Below the pieces are notes generated by a model. The model ran no database searches and was not told the origin of the DNA. It worked only from the letters and a program-made list of their open reading frames with translations. Source: Candidatus Micrarchaeia archaeon (lineage in GTDB: Archaea; Micrarchaeota; Micrarchaeia; CABMEP01). From it: DNA of 11,253 bases. Every line of letters begins with the position of its first letter. The stretch's first letter is position 1. This document shows, one piece after another, positions 1 to 6,700 of this stretch. Where the stretch lies: assembly GCA_038886535.1 (NCBI GenBank), contig JAVZXS010000017.1, positions 1 through 11,253 of the forward strand, read 5' to 3'. The translations under genes and the position numbers were made by a program.

Positions 1-37
1 TATTTTATGAAATACCTTCCTCCAAAACTTTCTGAAT

Positions 38-526
38 CTAATTCCCGCTAACATATGGTTCCAGAACCTTCCAGACCTTCCTGCTGTACCTAGCCCTTTT
101 TGGCTTTGAAACAGCGTTGTAGCAGCCTACTGCCTCCCAACTGTAACCGTGCTGGTGGATACACTGGGCCAGAATCCACGCCCCCACGTGTATGTTGTAA
201 CAGGGATTCCAGATTTGTCTTTCGTCATACAGTCCATGTTTCTTAAGCGCTGGCAGCCATGAGGTGTTTATCTGCATTATTCCTATGTCGTAGGTTCCAT
301 TGTTATTTTTGTTTATAGCCGTATAGTTAAAGTTTGACTCCACCTTTGCTATTGCCCAGAGCAGGTTAGGGTGGATATTGTATACCTTTCCAGCATCAAT
401 AAAGCATTGATTCAGATTGTAAGATGAAAGAAACTGACTATTGCTAATGTTAGAGGTAGAAAATATGAGGATAAATGCTATAACCGTAATTGCAGATATT
501 TTTACCATTATTCTTTTATTCTCCAT
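38..526 (-). CDS. Lytic transglycosylase (SLT domain, VirB1/IagB-like), exported
   Basis: SLT motifs: 'CF..AG..YNIHPNLLWAIAKVESNFN' (catalytic E-S), 'N.NGTYDIGIMQIN', 'NIHVGAWIL', 'WEAVGCYN'; hydrophobic N-terminal signal/anchor. ATG at 526 (MENKR) preferred over 562 because it overlaps the upstream stop at 516-518. Confidence 0.9.
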   Translation of the reverse strand: MENKRIMVKISAITVIAFILIFSTSNISNSQFLSSYNLNQCFIDAGKVYNIHPNLLWAIAKVESNFNYTAINKNNNGTYDIGIMQINTSWLPALKKHGLYDERQIWNPCYNIHVGAWILAQCIHQHGYSWEAVGCYNAVSKPKRARYSRKVWKVLEPYVSGN

Positions 527-821
527 GCAGAATTCTTTTAAGATGTAAAATATCTGCTTCAATTTTTTTTAAAAATACTTTAGCCTTGTAAGAACCTACC
601 AGAAAGGAAAGGAGATTAAAGGCATCGTTTTCCCAGAATTCTATTATCTGCCTTGAAGACTCTCTTTTGCGGGAAAAAATTTCTCTGTATTTATAAGGGT
701 TTTTTAGATAACTTTTTAAATCTTTGTAAGAAAGGATAATAATCGCTTTAATTAATCTTTTAATGCCCTCAAGTTCCTTATTTACCTGTTGTTCCTGTAA
801 TGTTTCCAAATACTTTGTCAT
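516..821 (-). CDS. Hypothetical protein, 101 aa
   Basis: ORF with AGGAG RBS upstream of ATG; overlaps both neighbours in an operon-like arrangement; no motif recognised. Confidence 0.7.
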   Translation of the reverse strand: MTKYLETLQEQQVNKELEGIKRLIKAIIILSYKDLKSYLKNPYKYREIFSRKRESSRQIIEFWENDAFNLLSFLVGSYKAKVFLKKIEADILHLKRILHGE

Positions 822-1242
822 TATGCTTCTCCTGTAAAAAGTTAATTAGTTCATCAATGTTTTTTATTACAATAGCTAGTCCACCAAGACTTTCTACTTT
901 TTTTAGAAATTCCTGTTGAGCTCGGGACAGTTTTCCCTTCCCGCTTTTACACTCTATTGCAAGAAATCTACCGCCTGGCACACATGCTATAATATCCGGA
1001 GAACCCGCAGCCCCCATTTTGATTGCTCTTCTTTTTTCATTTCCTACAACAATTAGCCCCGAATTATTTCTAACTGGTAGATATCCTTTTAAAGAGAGAT
1101 ATTGCATACATGCTTTTACCAGTGCAGACTCCTCTTTCTTATGGTATTTTCTGAGAAACTTATTCTCTGAAAATTTTCTTTCTCCATTCTTCTGTAAATT
1201 TTTGAACAGGAGATTGGCTTCCTTTTCCGTTAAAAAGGGCAT
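778..1242 (-). CDS. VRR-NUC domain (PD-(D/E)XK) nuclease
   Basis: 'GSPDIIAC..GGRFLAIECKSGKGKLSRAQQEFL..VESLGGLAIVI' is the VRR-NUC pattern. Start moved to ATG 1242 (MPFLTE), which has a GGAGG RBS. Confidence 0.88.
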   Translation of the reverse strand: MPFLTEKEANLLFKNLQKNGERKFSENKFLRKYHKKEESALVKACMQYLSLKGYLPVRNNSGLIVVGNEKRRAIKMGAAGSPDIIACVPGGRFLAIECKSGKGKLSRAQQEFLKKVESLGGLAIVIKNIDELINFLQEKHNDKVFGNITGTTGK

Positions 1243-1393
1243 TTTCAGCCTCCTCTGTGATTTCAATGTTATCAATCACAAAAGTATTTTCAAGATATGG
1301 AATAATTGAGACTATGAATTTATCGTCTTTACGATCAATAATGACTTTACCCATTGGTATCTCCATCACTCTGTCTGATACTAAGTAGTTCAT
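1160..1393 (-). CDS. Small hypothetical protein, 77 aa
   Basis: Fills the gap between two minus-strand genes and overlaps both; protein-like composition; start uncertain. Confidence 0.5.
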   Translation of the reverse strand: MNYLVSDRVMEIPMGKVIIDRKDDKFIVSIIPYLENTFVIDNIEITEEAENALFNGKGSQSPVQKFTEEWRKKIFRE

Positions 1394-1919
1394 TTAATTC
1401 TTTTATCTGTTTTCCAAACTCAAGATAAATTCTTGCAATTTTTTCAACCCCTGCAAGATTTCCTTCTCTGGGGAAGTCAATTCTTTTTTTGCTGAGAATT
1501 TTAAAAGCCATCATAATTTGGGCACCTTCGTTTGAACGAGGGATAAAGACAATAGTATTTCTTCTATTAATCAAAATTTGTTTTTGTTCATAAGGCTCAT
1601 TAAGTTCATTCCATCTTTCAGGGGAGAAAAGGAAATACTCTGGAACTGCTTCTTTAAGTCTGTTCCAAAGGGAAACAATCATTTTTCTTACATCTTCAAT
1701 TTTTTTCTTGGCTTCTTCAAGAGAAATAGTGAACCCTACATTTCTCATGATTGAATTAACCTTTTTGTCGAGCTCAAAGATGCTGAAAACTAATTCTCTT
1801 GGTAGTCCCGACTCTGAGATTAAGACAACAATACTTCTTTGATCTTGAATTTGTCTTTTCTTTTTTTCAAGTATTAATTGAGATTTACTTTTGGCTTCTT
1901 GAGCCACTGTTTCAGTCAT
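1347..1919 (-). CDS. Hypothetical protein, possibly AcaB/DUF1845-like conjugation regulator
   Basis: Strong AAGGAGG RBS. Two strand-turn-helix segments (IVVLISESGLPRELVFSIFELDKKV; IVFIPRSNEGAQIMMAFKILSKK) recall DUF1845/AcaB. Gene is well supported; family call is weak. Confidence 0.45.
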   Translation of the reverse strand: MTETVAQEAKSKSQLILEKKKRQIQDQRSIVVLISESGLPRELVFSIFELDKKVNSIMRNVGFTISLEEAKKKIEDVRKMIVSLWNRLKEAVPEYFLFSPERWNELNEPYEQKQILINRRNTIVFIPRSNEGAQIMMAFKILSKKRIDFPREGNLAGVEKIARIYLEFGKQIKELNELLSIRQSDGDTNG

Positions 1920-1948
1920 AAGCTGAACCTCCTTTTAAATTTGATTTT

Positions 1949-2611
1949 TTAATTTAGTGATTTAATTTCAATATCAATATTACCTACAAGACTTTCGAGG
2001 ATCTTTTTAGCGGTTTTGATATTTTTTCCTTTTTCGCCGACAAGAAGACCTACTGAACCATTTTCAGAGTAAACAGTAGCCTGTGAGAGAGATTTAAAAT
2101 AAACTACCCTTTGAATTTTATCTTCATAGTAAAGGAGACTTTTAATTAAATCTTCAACATTTTCATGATATTTAACAAAAAGAAACCTGCCTTCTGGAAA
2201 ATGTCTTTTTATTTCACTGCTTGATACGTAGGGTTTGAAGATATCGTTTAAATCTTTATTTGTGAAATTTTTGCTGGTTTTAATAAGAATTTTAAAAAAA
2301 TTCTGATGAATTCCAATTTTTTTAATGCTTAATTCGTAATTAATGAGAGGTTCATGTAAAAGATATTCAATTAATTTTCTTATATAAGCAGGAGACTTTT
2401 GACTAAGAGTAATTCTTGCTCCCTTTATTTCAAAAACAGCAGCCCAGCCTGTATCGCCGACTTTATAGTCATGGGCAGCATATTTTTTTGGCAACTGTGC
2501 AAAAATTTGAGTACCCACTATGTTACATAGAAGACTGTCATGATCAGGCAATTTTTTCACAACCTGAAAAAGAACAAGGTAGTTGATTTTGATTACTGGA
2601 GAGTTAAGCAT
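1949..2611 (-). CDS. NusA-like RNA-binding protein (S1-KH-KH, no N-terminal domain)
   Basis: S1-like 'AQLPKK....YKVGD...AAVFEI..ARITLSQKSPAYIRKL' parallels NusA 'A.LP....y..GDr....v........iilSRt.p.fv..LF'; C-terminal KH 'GLLVGEKGKNIKTAKKIL....IDIEI' parallels 'lAIGk.GqNvrLA..L.g..IdI'. Confidence 0.75.
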   Translation of the reverse strand: MLNSPVIKINYLVLFQVVKKLPDHDSLLCNIVGTQIFAQLPKKYAAHDYKVGDTGWAAVFEIKGARITLSQKSPAYIRKLIEYLLHEPLINYELSIKKIGIHQNFFKILIKTSKNFTNKDLNDIFKPYVSSSEIKRHFPEGRFLFVKYHENVEDLIKSLLYYEDKIQRVVYFKSLSQATVYSENGSVGLLVGEKGKNIKTAKKILESLVGNIDIEIKSLN

Positions 2612-2692
2612 ATGTTTATTTATTACTTTTTTGTATTTGAGATAATTTGGTTTTTAGTTATTGTAATATTTAATAAAAATTTGAGGACTAAC

Positions 2693-3066
2693 ATGATACA
2701 ATATTTATGGTTTATAATCTGGATAACAGTTTTACTTATTTTTTCATGGAGTAATTCTGGAGATATGAAACAGATTTTTTGTATCTTCTAACTTTAAACC
2801 TTGCACTACTTGGAGCAGGAGCCACATGGCTAAACTCAACAAATATAGAAAAACTTAAAGAGAAAGATAGGAAATTCATTCAATCAAGGAGAAAAATTTT
2901 TAATCTGGTAACATTCACATCATTAATTATTACTGTCACGGGATTAATTTCTTCGTTTATTGATGAAACAAGAGTTCCTCCAATTCTGGGACTTATATCA
3001 ATCGTTCTTATATCGTTTTCAGTTCTACTACTCGGAATTTTGTTTATCAGATTACAGAATAAGTGA
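2693..3066 (+). pseudogene. Frameshifted small multi-pass membrane protein (about 124 aa if repaired)
   Basis: GAGGA RBS then ATG 2693 (MIQYLWFIIWITVLLIFSW) stops at 2791; adding one T to the T6 run at 2775-2780 fuses it in frame to the hydrophobic ORF 2779-3066. Confidence 0.6.
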
Positions 3067-3138
3067 ATTTTTCATACATTTTGCAGGGACCTCAATAAGT
3101 CTTAACCAGGTTAATAACAGGAGAGATAGACATATTTA

Positions 3139-3825
3139 TTACAAAGGAAATAATTTTTTTAATGAGCGAAATAAATTTTTCAGGCATTTTATTGGGGTTT
3201 CAATGAGTCTTAACCAGCAGGGTTTATTTCTTTCAAATTTAAGGCTTTCTATAAGCCCAGAGATGTGCTGTTTTTGTTGGGTTATGATTTCCTGCTGAAT
3301 TTCAAAGTCAATCTCTCTCAGGTATTCATTTAAAGACATTTTGTATGCTTTTATCTCTGTAATGTTCAAATTATCGGGTTCAGCCTCAATAGTTTTGATT
3401 TGTTTCCTTTTAAATTTAAATCCCAAGCTCTTCCAGAAAAAATCTCTTGGATTCAGGTCTTCCTCGCCGTATTCATCTCTGGTTCCAAGTCTTCCTATGA
3501 TCTTTTTTATTGTCAAGTGCTTTTCCCTGTAATAATTAATAGCCCCCCAGAAAAGAAAACTTCCCATATTTAATCTTCTGTATTCTGGATGAATCAGAAT
3601 ATCGTGAATAAAGAGAATTTTCTCAAATCGTCTGTATTCGGTATCAACTCTTGCATAGCAGCATACTGAAGAAAACATTTCTCTGATTTTTTCCTGGGTG
3701 AGTTTGTCAAGAGGATAACCAAGTATTTGTACACTGATAGAACCTAAAGATTCTGCTTCTTGTAACAAACAAAACCATACATTTCCTGCTTTATCCCTAA
3801 CATAGAAATGGTCAACAGTTTTCAC
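3139..3825 (-). CDS. GNAT-family N-acetyltransferase with C-terminal helical tail
   Basis: Acetyl-CoA motif A 'IHDILIHPEYRRLNMGSFL' and 'FFWKSLGF'. GTG at 3825 with GGAG upstream is preferred; the ORF track extends to 3969. Confidence 0.75.
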   Translation of the reverse strand: MKTVDHFYVRDKAGNVWFCLLQEAESLGSISVQILGYPLDKLTQEKIREMFSSVCCYARVDTEYRRFEKILFIHDILIHPEYRRLNMGSFLFWGAINYYREKHLTIKKIIGRLGTRDEYGEEDLNPRDFFWKSLGFKFKRKQIKTIEAEPDNLNITEIKAYKMSLNEYLREIDFEIQQEIITQQKQHISGLIESLKFERNKPCWLRLIETPIKCLKNLFRSLKKLFPL

Positions 3826-4092
3826 CTTACTTTCTCTCCAGAATCGTGTTCTTCGAGAAGCGATCCAGTTTGATGAAAAGATAAAAACAGGAAAACAGCC
3901 AAACGTTAACTGCCACCATGGCATTTTGCCTCTGGTTCCTGCCAGCAATAGGATACTATATTGAAACATGTTATGGGAATATTACTCAAAATTTTTGCAG
4001 GGGGTAATATATAAATAACTTTAGTTCAGTAGATTTCGAATATCAGGTATCAGGTCTGAAAGCCTGAAATTATTTCCTCCCTTCTTTTTCTT

Positions 4093-4173
4093 GCAATGCA
4101 GGCTCTTATTTTTTATTTTCAAATTTTTATTTTTTATTTTCTTTTTTCAGCAATTTTAGTTTGCCTGCATTGC
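4093..4173. repeat. 11-bp perfect inverted repeat around a 59-nt T-rich spacer
   Basis: GCAATGCAGGC (4093-4103) and GCCTGCATTGC (4163-4173); extends 4 more pairs on the + strand if G-U is allowed. Confidence 0.85.
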
Positions 4174-4202
4174 GGGAATAATCACCTTTGGGAGGTAAAA
4201 TT

Positions 4203-4400
4203 ATGTTTACAAAAAATGTGCAAATTTATGAAAAGATTGATTCTTCTTTCTTAGCCAGCCTAACTGGTTTAAAGAAAGAAATTATTGAACAGATATTTCT
4301 TGTTGGAGACACTTTTCGTGTTTCCAATAAGAAATATAAAATTTGCCAGACTGCGGAAGAAAACAACCAGAAGGTTTTCCTCTGCCAGGTCTGGCAGTAA
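4203..4400 (+). CDS. Small hypothetical protein, 65 aa, monocistronic
   Basis: GGAGGT RBS at 4191-4196, ATG 4203, terminator immediately after the stop. Confidence 0.8.
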   Translation: MFTKNVQIYEKIDSSFLASLTGLKKEIIEQIFLVGDTFRVSNKKYKICQTAEENNQKVFLCQVWQ

Positions 4401-4401
4401 G

Positions 4402-4428
4402 AGGGGCGAAAGCCCCTTTTTTATTTTT
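4402..4428 (+). terminator. Rho-independent terminator
   Basis: AGGGGC-GAAA-GCCCCT stem-loop followed by a T-run directly after stop 4400. Confidence 0.92.
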
Positions 4429-4462
4429 AACACCTATTGAAAACTATGTCACGCATATTTTT

Positions 4463-4960
4463 TCACTTCCACAGAATTACACCTGCAAGTAAGCCAATAC
4501 TCACAAGATATTCAGCAGGGCTACCGACTCTCATGATTCCAATAGAAAAAGTTCTCCTTGTTGGATGTATCAACGGAACTGAGGAGCTTAAAGCATCCTG
4601 TAGAACATGTAGAATGCAACCAATTGAAGTATAAAAACAGACAAATAAAAGAGCAAAAATTAAAGTTTCTGAATTAAAAATGGTAAAACTTGATATAAAT
4701 TTAGCAAATGAAATAGAGAGTATATCTATTTTTGTTTTCAAGCGGACAACAGTCCATAATAGAAAAGCAATAAATACATAGCCTAACAACCAATGGCTAA
4801 ATCTTCTATGATTTTTTCTCCATCTCTCGGAGTGGTAATCATGTCCTTCTATAGCATCAGGGAGGATACTGCCTCCAGCAGCCATCAAGGAGGAGACGAT
4901 ATCATGAGTCAAAAGAAAAACCAGAGAAAACGTTGAAATCTTGTGGTTTATCCATTTCAC
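4463..4960 (-). CDS. Membrane-bound metal-dependent hydrolase (YdjM/DUF457-like)
   Basis: 'M...NH', 'GSILPD', 'HRRFSHWL', 'G.ILH..QD.L' motifs with hydrophobic helices; GGAGG RBS; GTGA start/stop overlap with upstream gene. Confidence 0.85.
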   Translation of the reverse strand: MKWINHKISTFSLVFLLTHDIVSSLMAAGGSILPDAIEGHDYHSERWRKNHRRFSHWLLGYVFIAFLLWTVVRLKTKIDILSISFAKFISSFTIFNSETLIFALLFVCFYTSIGCILHVLQDALSSSVPLIHPTRRTFSIGIMRVGSPAEYLVSIGLLAGVILWK

Positions 4961-5151
4961 CGTATGCCTCCTTTTCTTTTAAGCTGTCTGATTTTTCTCT
5001 CATCCAGTCCTGTTATCCTGATCTGATTGTCAGGCCACATCTTCCTTGGCAGAACTATACATTCAAGAATCTTTTCCTCCAGAAACTCCTTTGAATCTGA
5101 AATTATAACTGCCCATGTTTCCTGTCCTGTTTTAACAGTTGCTACTTCCAT
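4957..5151 (-). CDS. Small hypothetical protein, 64 aa
   Basis: Overlaps both neighbours in the operon; no motif recognised. Confidence 0.65.
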   Translation of the reverse strand: MEVATVKTGQETWAVIISDSKEFLEEKILECIVLPRKMWPDNQIRITGLDERKIRQLKRKGGIR

Positions 5152-5516
5152 TTTTCTTTTGCTTGCCTTATCCAGTTTTTTAAATCTTTCACATTGAAAA
5201 TATAATCTCCATTTACTGAAGTTACAGGGATTTTTCCTTTTTTTACCTGAGTAAAAACAAAACGGTATGGTAGCCCCAGTACCAGAGCGAGATTGCTTAT
5301 TCCCTTTATTGATTCATCCTCAGAAAACGTTTCAATTAAAGAGGAAACAGTGGCTCCAGATTTTCTGGAAGATTCAACCCATCTGAGAATATCATCCACA
5401 TCATAAAGCACCATCCTGCCAAGCTTAACTTTGGGAATTCTGGCAGAAGATATGGTTCTTGGCTTTATATTTAGCAAATTGCAAACTTCAACCTCATTAA
5501 GCAGCAGTCTTTTCAA
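5142..5516 (-). CDS. Tandem excisionase-like (HTH_17/MerR-like) DNA-binding protein
   Basis: Domain 1 'LLNEVEVCNLLNI....IPKVKLGRMVLYDVDDILRW'; domain 2 'LALVLGL..RFVFTQVKKGKIP...VNGDYIFNVKDLKNW'; TTG start with GGAG RBS. Confidence 0.8.
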   Translation of the reverse strand: MKRLLLNEVEVCNLLNIKPRTISSARIPKVKLGRMVLYDVDDILRWVESSRKSGATVSSLIETFSEDESIKGISNLALVLGLPYRFVFTQVKKGKIPVTSVNGDYIFNVKDLKNWIRQAKEKWK

Positions 5517-5703
5517 GGGTCTTCTCCTTCCAGTGTTTTAAATCATTGAAGGGAAATCTCAGAAATCTTCCGATTTTCAGATATGGAAGTCCCCTGCCCA
5601 TGTAGTAATTGAGCATGGTTCTACTTTTTAAATTAAGCACTTCCATTGCTTCCTCTTTAGTAAGGAGCAGTTTTTCTAATTTTTCCTGTTTTTCTCTATC
5701 CAT
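5497..5703 (-). CDS. Excisionase-like HTH_17 DNA-binding protein
   Basis: 'LLTKEEAMEVLNL.SRTMLNYY...GLPYLKIGRFLRF...DL..W'; GGAGG RBS. Confidence 0.85.
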   Translation of the reverse strand: MDREKQEKLEKLLLTKEEAMEVLNLKSRTMLNYYMGRGLPYLKIGRFLRFPFNDLKHWKEKTLEKTAA

Positions 5704-5846
5704 TTTTTTAAATCCTCCAGATTAAAAACATAATTCCACTCATTAAGACGTATGTGAGGTATGTTGTGTTTTTTCACAACCTTTTTAAATTGTCTCCCAT
5801 TTTTAAATCCCATTAACTTTGCAGCCTTTTCAATGTCAAGTAGCAT
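5676..5846 (-). CDS. Excisionase-like HTH protein, 56 aa (absent from ORF track)
   Basis: Manual translation: MLLDIEKAAKLMGFKNGRQFKKVVKKHNIPHIRLNEWNYVFNLEDLKKWIEKNRKN*; same LL..e.A..l / IP.i.l / F...DL..W pattern as its neighbours. Confidence 0.8.
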   Translation of the reverse strand: MLLDIEKAAKLMGFKNGRQFKKVVKKHNIPHIRLNEWNYVFNLEDLKKWIEKNRKN

Positions 5847-6056
5847 ATATATTTATTACTTCCTGCAGAGGGCTTTCTCTAAAGAAAAGTATCTCGTAAA
5901 ATCGAGAGAACAATCAGCGAAAAGGAATCAGAAGCTATTTGAGTTTGTCTTTTTTTTTACTGAGAGAACTTCTCTCCTCCTAAAGAGAGGATTTTTAAGG
6001 CATAAGTAAAACTACAGGGGGCTTTTTACTCTGGAGAGGTAAAACTTAGCTTGCCA

Positions 6057-6227
6057 TTTCAATATGCAAAGCATATTGAAACCTGTTTCTTAATTGTAGG
6101 CTTATTAAACAAACGTAGATACTATAACAAATCCTTCAATAAGAGAGAGATAAAAATATTCCCCTTTATAAGGGGAATAAACTAATCCTGGTTGATTTTC
6201 AATAACTACGAAGTAGTTATTGAAAAT
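6057..6227. repeat. Three perfect hairpins with 3-nt loops
   Basis: TTTCAATATGC-AAA-GCATATTGAAA (6057-6081), TATTCCCCTT-TAT-AAGGGGAATA (6157-6179), ATTTTCAATAACTAC-GAA-GTAGTTATTGAAAAT (6195-6227). Confidence 0.95.
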
Positions 6228-6471
6228 TTTTCCTGGTACTAGTAACAATCTTACAATAAAGTACCATGTTACAATACTATATAAAGCTATCTTAAAAAAT
6301 TAATAATTTATTTATATATACCTTACATGAAAAATTTAAAAATTTTCCTTAAAATTCAAATAGTTACAAAAACGATTTTTAATGTAAAAATTGAACAAAA
6401 ATTAAAAATTTCCCTTGAATTTCAAATATTTCGTTTTAAAGGCTGACCGTTAGAAATAAAAATTTTGATGG

Positions 6472-6480
6472 TTATCCCCA
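6472..6480 (+). promoter_or_regulatory. Putative DnaA box
   Basis: TTATCCCCA, one mismatch from TTATCCACA, 12 bp before the repeat array and after an AT-rich tract. Confidence 0.4.
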
Positions 6481-6492
6481 GGTTTCCTTTAT

Positions 6493-6679
6493 GGATTAAA
6501 ATCCCATTTTTGGGATTATAATCTGTTACACGGATTAAAATCCCATTTTTGGGATTATAATCTGTTACACGGATTAAAATCCCATTTTTGGGATTATAAT
6601 CTGTTACATGGATTAAAATCCCATTTTTGGGATTATAATCTGTTACATGGATTAAAATCCCATTTTTGGGATTATAATC
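6493..6679. repeat. 39-bp tandem repeat, 4.8 copies, palindromic (iteron- or centromere-like)
   Basis: Unit GGATTAAAATCCCATTTTTGGGATTATAATCTGTTACAY starts at 6493, 6532, 6571, 6610, 6649 (last partial); only the final base varies. Confidence 0.97.
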
Positions 6680-6700
6680 CTTCGGAAGGAATATATATGA

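Noticed and set aside
38..562. Phage endolysin/lysis cassette
   Set aside because: Motifs fit the IagB/VirB1 type with a signal anchor; no holin, spanin or structural genes in the window, though a phage-plasmid is not fully excluded.
1949..2611. Calling this the housekeeping nusA gene
   Set aside because: No N-terminal domain, degenerate KH1 and no rimP/infB context; symbol withheld.
5795..5814. Partial matches to the array (TCCCATTTTT, AAATCCCATT)
   Set aside because: Only 10 bp, AT-rich and inside a coding region; compatible with chance.
5761..6009. 82-aa plus-strand ORF
   Set aside because: Antisense to the better-supported 56-aa HTH gene; no recognisable motif.
6493..6679. CRISPR array (palindromic 30-bp repeats)
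   Set aside because: Intervening sequences are only 9 bp and nearly identical; no unique spacers and no cas genes in the window.
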